DNA of 63,736 bases, the filler included, from an uncultured Methanosarcinales archaeon (GTDB taxonomy: Archaea; Nanobdellota; Nanobdellia; Woesearchaeales; CAZXZL01), in NCBI GenBank assembly GCA_964645415.1. It is 4 parts of 4 records of this genome, joined end to end, with 100 filler letters (N's around TTAATTAATTAA, not from the genome) between each part and the next. Parts side by side here need not be neighbours in the genome. Positions count along the whole stretch, not along the records: positions 19,018 to 36,997 come from CAZXZL010000019.1; 3 more parts are not named here. The stretch is one strand, 5' to 3'. The position numbers were made by a program, and so were the translations under genes. Shown piece after piece: positions 22,265 to 33,882 of the stretch. Position 1 is the stretch's first letter. Every line of letters starts with the position of its first letter. The notes beneath the pieces were generated by a model, which saw nothing but the letters and a program-made list of their open reading frames with translations, was not told the DNA's origin and searched no databases.

Positions 22265-24863
22265 ACTATTCTTTCTTTGGATTTTTGTATTTGTTTTATT
22301 TTCATCAGTATTATATTCTATTGATATAAACTTTCTTTCAGGAAATGACATGGTTACTTTTCATTCTTTTAATCAACATGAAAATAAAATTGCAAAAATT
22401 TGTCCTTACAATAAAATACATTCAATAGCGATTGAATGTCACAACCAAGATACTTTTATTGAGTTAGAAAGACATAACTTTGGAGAATGTGGTTTAGTTG
22501 TTTTGCCTGAAGAATGTAGTAGTTATGATCTAATTATTGATTATTTAGATTCTGATTCTAATCAAACTGAGAGATTAATTGAAGAGATAGAAATAATTAG
22601 GACTAAATATGAGCCTGATGAAGTACTTAATTTGATGAATTGGGATTATGGTTTTGATTCTCCTGTTGATACAGCAATTGCTTTATCCACTTTATTAAAA
22701 TTCAATCATGCTGATGACTATTCAAGAGATATATTAAATATTGTAAATTGGCTATCTTCAAAAAGAACAGAGAATGATAAATGTTTTCCAGAAGATGGTT
22801 GCAGTATTAGAGATAGTCTAAAAATAGGTTCTTGGCTAAAAAAATACGATTTAAATCCTTTTTTCAACAGAAATAATCTCCCTGATTCAAAGATGTTATC
22901 TGATTTAATTTTATGGGGAAATAGTGTTAATAATTATGCTGAAAGTTCCTCATATGAATTAATACTAGAGCATGATGGATTTACTAATTGTACTGTTGAT
23001 ATTGAAGCTAGTGATGATTTTTCAAACTATAATGAATCCTTCTCCTTTGAAAGCAAATATGAACTTGAATTAGATATTGAAAGAGGTGAGATTAGTGTTT
23101 CTTGTGAAGATCACATTGACTTTTTTATGTACTCTGATGATGAGATAATAAGATATGAACTATCTGAGGATGATTTTTACTTTGAGTTTAGTAGTGGTTG
23201 TTGGGCAGAAGATAAACAATGGGAAGAGTGTGACATCATATCTACTATCTATGGAACTTTTTTAACAGATGAAGAAGAACTTAAGGAACCTTCTAAAGAA
23301 TATATTGATTCTCAAATTGAGACAGATAGTTATTTTGGACAATATATTAAAAATTTTGAAAAAACAGCACTCTATATTATATTTATCGAAGAAGACGAAA
23401 GTATGGAAAGGTGGTTAAAGTACAATCAAAACAATGATGGTTCTTGGGGTGAAGGTACTGAGAAATACTATAAAACACCTCTTGTTTTATTGTCTATTTA
23501 TTATTCTTCTGAAGATCGAAGTGTTGAAGCTATTGAAAAAGGTGTGCACTGGCTTTCTGAGAATTACGATTCTTTCTTAGCTAGAAATAACGTTAATGAG
23601 ATTTCTTTGATGAATTTAGCTTTAATGAAATTATCTCCTTTAACTTTAAATACAAAAGAAGATATCTTTATTTCAAATGATTCTATTTCTTTTATTGAAA
23701 TAAATAATCCTACTTTATATGAATTAAATGGAACTATTTCTTCACCTAATTACTTAAATCATCAATCTGATTTCAGTATTGATCCTAAATCTAGCTATGA
23801 AATTAATTTTACATTAGAAGAAAATTTATCTGTTAAGAATTATTTTTCAATAATTGACTTTAAGATAGAAAATTATTCTGTTGGTGTACCTTTATTTGTT
23901 AATCAAACACCAAGTATTAATTTTTATTCTCCTGTTGAAGATGTAACTTCTTCTAATTATGAAAATTGGATTAATATTAATAAAACAAGAGGTGAGTTTG
24001 ATTGTGAATTTTTTAAAGATGATGGTGTTCGAAAAGAAACTTTTGATACTCAAGGAGGATTTAGGGTTTCTGGGAGACTTGAAGAAACTAATGAAGATAT
24101 AACTACTGAAATAAATGATTCTTTTGATTATAAATGTACTTCTGAAGATGGTACTGTTTTTAACGGAACTGTTAGTAATATTGTAAGATATGTTCCTGAA
24201 AACCCTTTTGATGTTAGTGAAGACCTAATTGAAATAAGAGAACATCACCAAGGTGTAGAACTAAGTCTAAAAAACAATCTTAACGAAGTGATTGTTATCT
24301 CTTCTGAATTTTCAGTGAATGACCCTTACCTTAGATTAATTCAAGAAGAAGTTCAAGTTCCACCAAATGAAGAAGTAGACCTAGAATTTATTGAAACCTA
24401 TCCTCAAGATGAAGAACTAAATTGGTCAAATATATTATTATTCAGTTCCTATAACCATGAAGAAGAAGTTGATATTTTAATTGATTTAGAAGAAAGTGAA
24501 TCTATATTTTCGTTATTTTTCAAAATTTTTATTTTTTGGGTTTTAGTTATCGCTATTTATTTTAATCGAAAAAAGTTAATCTCTATTTTAAAAGGACATG
24601 ATTCACCTATTAATTTCTTTAAAAATCTTTTTTCTAAAGAGAAATCTATTTTTGATCCTGAAAAAGAAAAGGATATTATAGAAAATATGATAAATATGAT
24701 CAACCTTATGGATGAAATGGGAAAAAATAAACAACAAATAATATACGATCTTAAAGATAAAGGCTTTGATGATGAGGAAATTCATTATGCTATTGAAAAA
24801 TCTAACTTTTCTTCAAATAATGAAGAAAATGATGATGAAAAAGATTCAAAAGAAGATAAATGA
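22251..24863 (+). CDS. Secreted/membrane-anchored protein with prenyltransferase/squalene-cyclase-like (alpha/alpha barrel) repeats
   Basis: Signal peptide, WLKYNQNNDGSWG motif, KGVHWL, two CxP/A...C motifs, C-terminal TM; overlaps the upstream gene. Confidence 0.65.
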
Positions 24864-24900
24864 TATTTAGTAATGATTTTTCATTAATTAGGATATAAAA

Positions 24901-25764
24901 ATGGATTCTACAAAACTAACAAAAATAAACATCTTCGTAAATATTTTGTTATTTGTAATTAAATTAGTTGCAAGTATAATCACAAACAGTATTTCAATTA
25001 TTTCTGATACATTAAATACTTTTTTAGATATTATTACAGCAATAATTTCTAATTTTGCAGTTAAAATTTCCGGTAAAGATCCTGATGAAGACCATAGGTT
25101 TGGTCATAGTCAAGCAGAACCTATCTCTGCATTAATAATTGCAATATTGGCTGCTGTGATTGGTTTTGAAGTAATTAGGAGTTCAATAATTCGTATAATT
25201 AACTTTCAAGAAACTATTTTAAGTCAAGAAGCAATAATTATTTTAATTATTGCAATTATTTTTAAATTAATAATCTCAATAACATATTATAAATTTGGAA
25301 AAAAGCTTAATAGTCCTGTAATAGAAGCAATAGGTTTTGATTCTAGAAATGATGTTCTATCTACATTAATTGCCTTAGTTGGTTTTTTACTTTCCACAAC
25401 CGATTATTATTTTTTCGATAGTATCTTTGGATTAATCATTGGTTTATTTATTTTGAAATCCTCTTATGATATGTCGAGAAAGAATTTGAAGTACCTAATG
25501 GGAAGAATTCCGGAGGATGAAGAAGTATATAAAGTAAAAAACATTGTACAAGAATATGATGATGTTTTAGAAATAAATGATATTTTAGGAAAGTATGATG
25601 GTAATAATTTGCTTTTTGAGATAGATATTAGTATAAATGGTGATATGAGTTCATTTGAAAGTTGTAATTTATCTAATAAAATTATCTCTAAACTGGAAAA
25701 AAAAGATAATATATCAAAAGTTTTTGTAAAAATGAAGCCTATTACTAAAAATACGAAAAAATAA
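24901..25764 (+). CDS. Cation diffusion facilitator transporter (FieF/YiiP-like)
   Basis: Six TMs; PDEDHRFGH, DSRND and C-terminal dimerisation domain. Confidence 0.9.
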   Translation: MDSTKLTKINIFVNILLFVIKLVASIITNSISIISDTLNTFLDIITAIISNFAVKISGKDPDEDHRFGHSQAEPISALIIAILAAVIGFEVIRSSIIRIINFQETILSQEAIIILIIAIIFKLIISITYYKFGKKLNSPVIEAIGFDSRNDVLSTLIALVGFLLSTTDYYFFDSIFGLIIGLFILKSSYDMSRKNLKYLMGRIPEDEEVYKVKNIVQEYDDVLEINDILGKYDGNNLLFEIDISINGDMSSFESCNLSNKIISKLEKKDNISKVFVKMKPITKNTKK

Positions 25765-25885
25765 AAACATTTATAAAAGAAGAGTATTCTAATAAAATAT
25801 TAAATAATTAGGTGAATTATTCTAAAAATTAAAAATTATACGAAATTTCATTCTATTTTTCTTAAACAAAAAAGGAGGTGTAAAT

Positions 25886-26077
25886 ATGGAAGGAACAGTT
25901 AAATTCTTCGACTCAAGGAAAGGATTTGGATTTATTACTGTAGAAGGAGACAAAGATTACTTTGTCCATATTAGTGATATCGAAGAAGGAGTAAGACTTA
26001 ATGACGGAGATCAAGTAGCTTTTGATGTTGATGAAGGCGAAAGAGGTCCAAAAGCTGTTAATGTCACATTAGCTTAA
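25886..26077 (+). CDS. csp: Cold-shock protein
   Basis: GTVKFF, KGFGFI (RNP1), FVHIS (RNP2), [17 protein letters not shown] upstream. Confidence 0.95.
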   Translation: MEGTVKFFDSRKGFGFITVEGDKDYFVHISDIEEGVRLNDGDQVAFDVDEGERGPKAVNVTLA

Positions 26078-26212
26078 TACTAATTGATTTATCAGGTTAA
26101 AGTTTTATAAAATTTTTATTATTTTTATTATTTTCTTCTTTTTCCAATTTAAATACAAAACTTAATTCTTATTTTTTATTGTTCTTATTTTTCTAGATTA
26201 ATTTATAAGAAA

Positions 26213-26285
26213 TGGGGTTGCTGGGATTTGAACCCAGATTGATACCACCCCATGGTACGAGGATGCCAAGTTACCCTACAACCCC
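26213..26285 (-). tRNA. tRNA-Pro(GGG)
   Basis: GGGGTTG/CAACCCC acceptor stem, anticodon arm GTACC-ATGGGGT-GGTAT, T arm CTGGG-TTCAAAT-CCCAG. Confidence 0.93.
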
Positions 26286-26410
26286 TTTGGGTTAAAACTT
26301 AATCTTATAAAAAAAGACAGGATTTAAATATTTCCCGTTTTTTCTATTAAAAGAAATCTTTATAAACACTGTGGTTTTTCTCACAAATGTGTGATTAGAT
26401 AGGTGATCTT

Positions 26411-26830
26411 ATGGATACTCTTTACAAAGTTAATCAAAATGAATTAATAAAAAAAGTAGCTGAAGAACTAAAAAAAGAGATTGAGATGCCAGAATGGGCT
26501 CAATTTGTAAAAACTGGTGTAAACAAAGAAAGACCGCCATTAAATGAAGATTGGTGGTATATTAGAGCAGCTTCAATTCTTAGAACTGCTTATTTAAAAG
26601 GACCAATTGGTACTTCTAGGTTAAGAAAGAAATATAGTTCTAAAAGAAATATTGGAAATAGACCAGATAAAGTTTATCCTTCTGGTGGAAAAATAATTAG
26701 AACAATTCTTCAGCAACTTGAAGAAGCAGAATTACTACGTTTTAAAGATAGTGGTAAAAGAAAAGGTAGAATTGCAACAAAAAAAGGTAGTGATCTTTTA
26801 AAAGACTCTTCAAAAGAAATATCTGATTAA
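26411..26830 (+). CDS. rps19e: 30S ribosomal protein S19e
   Basis: PEWAQFVKTG, ERPP, WWYIRAASILR, GKIIRTILQQLE. Confidence 0.97.
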   Translation: MDTLYKVNQNELIKKVAEELKKEIEMPEWAQFVKTGVNKERPPLNEDWWYIRAASILRTAYLKGPIGTSRLRKKYSSKRNIGNRPDKVYPSGGKIIRTILQQLEEAELLRFKDSGKRKGRIATKKGSDLLKDSSKEISD

Positions 26831-26865
26831 ATTAAATTTTAAGAATTATTTAACTGGTGATTATT

Positions 26866-27045
26866 ATGAGAAATAAACATTTAAACTTAAAAAAGAGAAT
26901 TGCTAAAGAGAATAAAAGGACAAAATGGGCTCCTTTTTGGGTTAGTTTTAAGAAATATGGTATGAAGAAAGGAAGAAAAGTACATCCTTCAAGATATACT
27001 ACATCCAAAAAACATTGGAGAAGAGGAAAGTCGAGAGTAAATTAA
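26866..27045 (+). CDS. rpl39e: 50S ribosomal protein L39e
   Basis: RNK..KKRIAK..WAPFW..KHWRR; position between rps19e and rpl31e; start set at ATG 26866 after GGTGA. Confidence 0.85.
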   Translation: MRNKHLNLKKRIAKENKRTKWAPFWVSFKKYGMKKGRKVHPSRYTTSKKHWRRGKSRVN

Positions 27046-27082
27046 TTATTTTTATTATATATCATAAATTAAGGTGTTAATC

Positions 27083-27928
27083 ATGCAAAGAGTTTATAAC
27101 GTACCATTAAAGGATTATTTTTTGAAAAAACCAAGAAAGAAAAGAGCTAAAGGAGCTGTTAATGGATTAAAAAAGTTTCTAAAAAAGAATACTCGAAAAG
27201 ATAATATTTTATTATCTAAAAAACTCAATAATAAAATCTGGGAGAGAGGAATTAAAAATCCTCCGCGAAAAATTAAAATTAAAGTTGAAATCACTGAAGA
27301 TAAAGCTTACGCGATGTTATTTGATGAAGAAGGATCTTTTGTTGATGAAGAAGATTCTAAAAAGAAATCAAAAAAATCAGATGAAGTTACTGATAAAAAA
27401 GAAGATGATACAAAAGAAAGTAAAGAAGATGATAAAGAAATAGAATCATCTAAAGAAGACTCTTCAAAATCAGAAAGTAAAAAATCCAGTAAAAAAGACA
27501 AATCTGATAGTAAAAAGAAGAAATCAAAAAGTAAAAAGTCTGATAAAAAAAGTAAAAAGAAGAAATCAAAATCATCTAAGAAAAAGAAATCAGATGATAA
27601 AAAGAAGAAATCTAGTAAAAAGAATAAGTCTAAAAGTAAAAAATCCAGTAAAAAAGATAAATCAGATAGTAAAAAAAGTAAATCCGGTAGTAAAAAGAAG
27701 AAATCAAAATCATCTAAGAAAAAGAAATCAGATGATAAAGATAAGAAATCTAGTAAAAAGAGTAAGTCTAAAAGTAAAAAATCCAGTAAAAAAAGTAAAT
27801 CTGATAGTAAAAAGAAGAAATCAAAATCATCCAAGAAAAAGAAATCAGATGATGAAAAGAAGAAATCATCTAGTAAAAAATCTAAAAAAGATTCAAAAAG
27901 TAACAAAAAAAATAAAAAACAAGATTGA
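27083..27928 (+). CDS. rpl31e: 50S ribosomal protein L31e with long Lys/Ser/Asp-rich C-terminal extension
   Basis: RVYNVPL, KRAKGAV, LNNKIWERGIKNPPRKIKIKV, followed by ~200 aa of low-complexity repeats. Confidence 0.9.
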   Translation: MQRVYNVPLKDYFLKKPRKKRAKGAVNGLKKFLKKNTRKDNILLSKKLNNKIWERGIKNPPRKIKIKVEITEDKAYAMLFDEEGSFVDEEDSKKKSKKSDEVTDKKEDDTKESKEDDKEIESSKEDSSKSESKKSSKKDKSDSKKKKSKSKKSDKKSKKKKSKSSKKKKSDDKKKKSSKKNKSKSKKSSKKDKSDSKKSKSGSKKKKSKSSKKKKSDDKDKKSSKKSKSKSKKSSKKSKSDSKKKKSKSSKKKKSDDEKKKSSSKKSKKDSKSNKKNKKQD

Positions 27929-27961
27929 TTTTTATTTTTATTATTTAAATTATGTTTTTTT

Positions 27962-28035
27962 GGGGCAATAGGGTAGCTTGGCCATCCTCTGAGCTTTGGG
28001 GGCTTGTGACCCCGGTTCGAATCCGGGTTGCCCCA
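27962..28035 (+). tRNA. tRNA-Pro(TGG)
   Basis: GGGGCAA/TTGCCCC acceptor stem, anticodon arm TGAGC-TTTGGGG-GCTTG, T arm CCCGG-TTCGAAT-CCGGG. Confidence 0.93.
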
Positions 28036-28067
28036 TCTTATTAATTATTACGAGGTGTTTTTTTAAT

Positions 28068-28286
28068 ATGGCAAAACCAATGAATTTTCCTAATTCAAGA
28101 CGTTTAGGATCAAGATATGGAAAAAGAATTCGAGATTTACATGGCAATCAGGAGAAAAAACAAAGGAGTAAATACAAATGTCCTTATTGTAGAAAGAAAT
28201 CTGTTAAAAGACTTTCAGTAGGTATCTGGAGATGTAGATCTTGTGATAAAAAGTTTACTTCTAAAGCCTATGAAGTTAAAAGTTAG
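28068..28286 (+). CDS. rpl37ae: 50S ribosomal protein L37Ae (eL43)
   Basis: GSRYGKRIR, CPYC..VKRLSVGIWRCRSC; start moved to ATG 28068 because the track start lies inside the tRNA. Confidence 0.95.
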   Translation: MAKPMNFPNSRRLGSRYGKRIRDLHGNQEKKQRSKYKCPYCRKKSVKRLSVGIWRCRSCDKKFTSKAYEVKS

Positions 28287-28294
28287 GTGATATT

Positions 28295-28432
28295 ATGGTA
28301 GAATATAAATGCCTTTTCTGTGGAAAAGTTGTAGAAGAAGAACATATTGAAAGGAGAATTCACTGTCCTTATTGTGGAAAAAAAGTATTATATAAACCAC
28401 AAGTTGTTACTACACATTGGAAGGCTAGGTAA
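28295..28432 (+). CDS. rpoP: DNA-directed RNA polymerase subunit P (Rpo12)
   Basis: Manual translation MVEYKCLFCGKVVEEEHIERRIHCPYCGKKVLYKPQVVTTHWKAR; Zn ribbon; canonical position after rpl37ae; AGGTGA SD. Below the ORF-track size cutoff. Confidence 0.92.
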   Translation: MVEYKCLFCGKVVEEEHIERRIHCPYCGKKVLYKPQVVTTHWKAR

Positions 28433-28441
28433 TTTAGAAAA

Positions 28442-28666
28442 ATGTTTAAATTAACTTATGAATTACCAACTGAAAAACCATTAAGAGATGTTATTGAATC
28501 TGAGATAGATGGTTTTAATTGGAAACGTCATAAGATTGATTTAATTAAAAAAGAAGATTCAATTTTACTTAAGTCTAAATCGACTGACATTAAGGCAATG
28601 AAGGCTGGAATTAATTCAATTATAAGTTTACTTGACATTTATGAAAAGGTCAAAGAATTAAAATGA
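28442..28666 (+). CDS. pcc1: KEOPS complex subunit Pcc1
   Basis: 74 aa, STDIKAMKAGINS motif, conserved position between rpoP and prefoldin beta. Confidence 0.75.
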   Translation: MFKLTYELPTEKPLRDVIESEIDGFNWKRHKIDLIKKEDSILLKSKSTDIKAMKAGINSIISLLDIYEKVKELK

Positions 28667-28983
28667 ATAATGAAAAAGTAATTTCTGAAATACAAAAGTA
28701 TCAACGTTTTTTACAACAAATTAAACTACAGAAACAAAATTTATCTATTAAAAAAGATGAATCATCTAATGCTATTGATGAATTAGATAAAACAAATAAA
28801 TCGTATAAATTAATAGGAGATGTTTTAATAGAAAAAGATAGTCAGTCTTTAAAAAAAGAAATTTCTTCAAGAATTGATAATATAAATGAACAATTAGAAT
28901 CTCTTAATAGGAATGAAGAAAAAATACAAAATAAACTAAGTAAACTACAAAAAGACCTTCGAAACGTAGATGATAATAATTAG
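28663..28983 (+). CDS. pfdB: Prefoldin subunit beta
   Basis: Coiled coils flanking the YKLIGDVLIE hairpin; conserved context. Confidence 0.88.
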   Translation: MNNEKVISEIQKYQRFLQQIKLQKQNLSIKKDESSNAIDELDKTNKSYKLIGDVLIEKDSQSLKKEISSRIDNINEQLESLNRNEEKIQNKLSKLQKDLRNVDDNN

Positions 28984-28994
28984 AGGTGGTATAA

Positions 28995-29255
28995 ATGGAA
29001 AAAGAAATTAGTTTTAAGGAAGTTTTTATGGAAATTGATGAAGTTTTATGTGACCCAACTTCTTCTAAAAATGTAAAGAAAATTTGTAAAGAAATCAAAA
29101 AGACTTTATCTGATGATTCAAAAAAACCTGCATTAAAGGTTGATAGAGCAATTCAACAACTTGAGGAATTATGTGAAGATGTTAATGTTGATTCATTTAC
29201 TCGTATGAAACTTTATAATTTATCTGGTTCTTTAGAAAGTGTCTTGAGAAATTAG
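28995..29255 (+). CDS. UPF0147 family protein
   Basis: DPTSSKNVK, LEELCEDVNVDSFTR..SLES pattern. Confidence 0.8.
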   Translation: MEKEISFKEVFMEIDEVLCDPTSSKNVKKICKEIKKTLSDDSKKPALKVDRAIQQLEELCEDVNVDSFTRMKLYNLSGSLESVLRN

Positions 29256-29293
29256 ATTTTTTGTTTTTATAAAACTTAAAAATCATATTTTCT

Positions 29294-29851
29294 CTAGTTT
29301 TTCTTTTTTACTACTTCTTTGACAATTATATTATTTGGTACATAAATAATATCTTCATTTTCTGTTTTCATTATTGTTTCTGTTAATGTAATTTTTTCGA
29401 TTTTTCCTTTAATATTTTTCACTTCTATTTCATCTCCAATATCATACATTTTATTTTTTGTAATTACATAAAAAGAAGAAAAATTAGTTAGTGCAAATTT
29501 AATTACAAATAATATAGATACAGCAATAACAATCATTATAATGATTACTATTGAATTAATTATAGTTGTTGTTATACCTAATTGAGATATTGCTAGAATA
29601 ATAAAAATAAAATTAATAATATAATTTATAAAATTTGAAATTGTTTTTTCTAAGGATAAATTAATACCTGCAAAATTTGCAAGATCGTCTAATTGTATTT
29701 TATTTAAACTTGAAGAAACTATTTTACCAACTATTTTACCAATGATGATTCCAGATAATAAAATAATAAATGCAATTAGAATATCATTAATTACAGAAAG
29801 AATTATATGGTCATTTAAATAGGTTAATATAAATTCAAAATCAAAAATCAT
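29294..29851 (-). CDS. Small-conductance mechanosensitive channel (MscS)-like protein
   Basis: TM helices, then GDEIEV..GKIEKI..T..YVPN beta domain. Confidence 0.8.
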   Translation of the reverse strand: MIFDFEFILTYLNDHIILSVINDILIAFIILLSGIIIGKIVGKIVSSSLNKIQLDDLANFAGINLSLEKTISNFINYIINFIFIILAISQLGITTTIINSIVIIIMIVIAVSILFVIKFALTNFSSFYVITKNKMYDIGDEIEVKNIKGKIEKITLTETIMKTENEDIIYVPNNIIVKEVVKKKN

Positions 29852-29855
29852 TTTA

Positions 29856-30350
29856 TCACCTTAAATTATCTAATAATTTTTTAAATTTGTCTTTTGCCTT
29901 TGATTTTTTAGCAGGATAAGTTTGAATATGACATTTTACATGTAAACAATTTCCTTCTTCTGTTAGATTTAATTTATCTTCTAAAAACCAATCTCTTTTA
30001 TTAAATCTTAAGTATAAATAATTATTATCATCTATTCTCTCATCTAAACTTTCTTCTATTCTTTTTATTTCTTCTTTGTTAATCTCTTTCATAATTTCAT
30101 AAAATACATCGAAAGGATATTTTTTAAATACTTTATAAGTCGTTTTTGATTTATTTTCACCAAATTCCCCTTCGAAATTATAAGTTTCAATTTCATAAAA
30201 TTTCTTTTTTTTCTTCTCTTCAAGATTTTTCAACCTTTCTGGAAGAAATTTATTTATCTTATCTTTTACCTTTTTTTCATTACTTTTCATTGATATAGTT
30301 GATATCTCAATCCTATTGAAAATTTTTCTCATTTTTGATTTATCGACCAT
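29856..30350 (-). CDS. Predicted RNA-binding protein (COG1325, exosome-associated)
   Basis: GEFG, LDERIDDNNYLYLRFNK and YPAKK motifs. Confidence 0.7.
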   Translation of the reverse strand: MVDKSKMRKIFNRIEISTISMKSNEKKVKDKINKFLPERLKNLEEKKKKKFYEIETYNFEGEFGENKSKTTYKVFKKYPFDVFYEIMKEINKEEIKRIEESLDERIDDNNYLYLRFNKRDWFLEDKLNLTEEGNCLHVKCHIQTYPAKKSKAKDKFKKLLDNLR

Positions 30351-30403
30351 TATATGATAAGAAAAATGGAAAATAATATAAATTTAGTGGAATTTATTAA
30401 TTT

Positions 30404-31312
30404 ATGAAACATAGAAAATTAATTATTTTTCTTCTTGTAGGTATTTTTGTGTTAACTCAATTATTTGGTTTATTTATTATTAATCAAAATCTGAATATTG
30501 GTCCAGATGGTGAAGCGGAGTGGGATGATTTAGCTTATGATACTGAAGTTGAAGGAGAAAGTGACTTTTATTTTATTCTAATATTTATTGTAGTTTTATT
30601 AGGTTCACTATTTTATCTGTTTTTATTTAAAAAACGTAAGTTTAATTTTATTAAAGGTTGGTATGGTTTTGCAATTTTCTTTGCTGTTTCTTTTGCATTA
30701 TATCCTTTAATTAAAAATGATTTAATTGTATTATTCATATCTTTAGTACTTGCTTATTTGAAAGTAAAAAGAAATAATTTTGTCATACATAATATTACTG
30801 AAATATTAGTATATGCTGGTGTTGCTTCTATTATGGTTCCAATGATGTCTTTAGAAGCTGTATTTAGTTTATTAATCTTAATTTCTCTTTATGATATATA
30901 TGCAGTCTTTCATTCAAAACATATGGTTGATTTAGCTAAAAGTCAAGTTGAAATGAAACTATTTTCTGGTCTTGCTTTACCTAAAAATAAAACAAAAATG
31001 TCTTCAATTACTATGGTAGATGAAAAATCTGATTCTAATAGTAATTTAAAAGAGAATGAAGATTCTGATAAAAGTAAGAAAAAAGGAAGTCTTGCCATTC
31101 TTGGTGGAGGAGATGTAATCTTCCCTCTACTTTTTGCAGGTGCTGTTTTAAAAACATACTCTATGACTCATTCATTTTTTATTGTTGTAGGTAGTACTAT
31201 TGGATTATTTTTTCTCTTTTATTTTGGCAAAAAAGGAGAGTTCTATCCTGCAATGCCTTATCTTAGTTTTTCAATTATATTAAGTTGGTTTTTATCTATA
31301 CTCATTTTATGA
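30404..31312 (+). CDS. Presenilin/signal-peptide-peptidase-like GxGD intramembrane aspartyl protease
   Basis: SLYDIYAV, LGGGD and PAMP motifs in a multi-TM protein. Confidence 0.9.
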   Translation: MKHRKLIIFLLVGIFVLTQLFGLFIINQNLNIGPDGEAEWDDLAYDTEVEGESDFYFILIFIVVLLGSLFYLFLFKKRKFNFIKGWYGFAIFFAVSFALYPLIKNDLIVLFISLVLAYLKVKRNNFVIHNITEILVYAGVASIMVPMMSLEAVFSLLILISLYDIYAVFHSKHMVDLAKSQVEMKLFSGLALPKNKTKMSSITMVDEKSDSNSNLKENEDSDKSKKKGSLAILGGGDVIFPLLFAGAVLKTYSMTHSFFIVVGSTIGLFFLFYFGKKGEFYPAMPYLSFSIILSWFLSILIL

Positions 31313-31392
31313 TTTAATTAATTTATATAAAAAGAAATATTTTTTTATGAAATATAAGTTAATTTTTTAAATAAAAACATTTATTATTTGAT

Positions 31393-32567
<1,175 letters not shown>

Positions 32568-32631
32568 GTTATTTTATTTTCATAAATACTTTTTTATAAA
32601 TGTGTATTCTTTAATTTATATGGTGTTTTAA

Positions 32632-33876
32632 ATGACTCAGAAGTATGTGAAAATTAAATGGGGTGGCAGAATCCTTGAAGGTTTTTTACTTGATAGACCA
32701 GCAATGTTAGATGAAGGATATATTGTAATTAAACTTAATAATGGATATAATATTGGTTTAGATGAGTCTAAATGTGATTTTTTAGAAGAAAAAAAGGTAA
32801 AAAGAGATAATAATGAAATTACTTCTGAGAATGTTACCGATGATTTTGATGTTACGGTTATATCAACTGGTGGTACTATTAGTTCTAAAGTTGACTATCT
32901 AACAGGTGGTGTTGATACTAAGATGTCAGCTAATGATTTTATTGACATGATCCCTGATCTGAAAAAGTATGGTGATTTAAATGCAGAGATTATGCCAAAT
33001 ATTATGAGTGAAGATATAAATTTCAAATATTGGAAGAAATTAGCTAATTCAATATATAATAATGTAAAAAATAATCCTGTTGTTGTTACCCATGGTACTG
33101 ATACTATGCACTATTCTTCTTCTTTGATGAATTTTTTAGTTCAAGGTGGAGATTATCCTAGAATATTTACTGGTGCTCAAAAATCAATTGATAGAGGAAG
33201 TAGTGATGCTTTTATGAATTTCAAATCTTCTATTTATTCTAGTTTAAATATTCGTTCTAATGAAAGTCTAATCTGTATGCATGGTTCAATAAATGATGAT
33301 TATTGTAGTTTACATCATGGTACTAGGGCAAGAAAAATGCATTCTTCAAGAAGAGATGCATTTCAAAGTATTAATTCTGAACCTGTTGCAAGAGTATTTC
33401 CAAATAAGGAGAAGATTGAAGTATTATCAGATGATATTTATCATGATAAGGATTTAGAAAAACATCTACATTTCGATGAGAAAGTTGCAATTCAATATAT
33501 TTATCCTGAATTAGATGAAAATATTTTTGATTACTATCTTGAAAATGATTTTAACGGAGTTATTTTGATGGGAACTGGTTTAGGTCATGTTCCTATAAAA
33601 AATTATAATATTATAAATAAAATTAAAGAACTTGAAGAAAATGGCATTATTACATGTGTTACTTCTCAAACAATTAACGGTAGCGTAAATCCTAATGTAT
33701 ATGCTAATTTAAGAAAGTTATCTAAGCATTCATTATTTTTAAAAGATATGACTCCTGAAACCGCTTATTTAAAATTGTCTTGGTTACTTGGAAATAAAAA
33801 TTTAAGTTCAGATGATGTTAGAAATGAAATGCTAAATAATTACTCGAATGAAATTTCTGATAGACGTTTGAGGTAA
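32632..33876 (+). CDS. gatD: Glutamyl-tRNA(Gln) amidotransferase subunit D
   Basis: KLNNGYNIG, STGGTISSKVDY, HGTDT, GAQKSIDRGSSD, RKMHSSRRDAF. Confidence 0.95.
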   Translation: MTQKYVKIKWGGRILEGFLLDRPAMLDEGYIVIKLNNGYNIGLDESKCDFLEEKKVKRDNNEITSENVTDDFDVTVISTGGTISSKVDYLTGGVDTKMSANDFIDMIPDLKKYGDLNAEIMPNIMSEDINFKYWKKLANSIYNNVKNNPVVVTHGTDTMHYSSSLMNFLVQGGDYPRIFTGAQKSIDRGSSDAFMNFKSSIYSSLNIRSNESLICMHGSINDDYCSLHHGTRARKMHSSRRDAFQSINSEPVARVFPNKEKIEVLSDDIYHDKDLEKHLHFDEKVAIQYIYPELDENIFDYYLENDFNGVILMGTGLGHVPIKNYNIINKIKELEENGIITCVTSQTINGSVNPNVYANLRKLSKHSLFLKDMTPETAYLKLSWLLGNKNLSSDDVRNEMLNNYSNEISDRRLR

Positions 33877-33882
33877 GAATTT

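Noticed and set aside
26213..26285. A32/U38 in the tRNA-Pro(GGG) anticodon loop
   Set aside because: The same ATGGGGT loop is known from tRNA-Pro(GGG) in other organisms; not novel.
27307..27971. ORFs 27307..27906 (-) and 27594..27971 (+)
   Set aside because: Shadow frames of the low-complexity rpl31e tail.
27950..28147. ORF 27950..28147 (-), ORF 54122..54331 (-), and the N-terminal extensions of the 27996, 39900 and 54111 ORFs
   Set aside because: They overlap tRNA genes; the true starts lie downstream or the ORFs are spurious.
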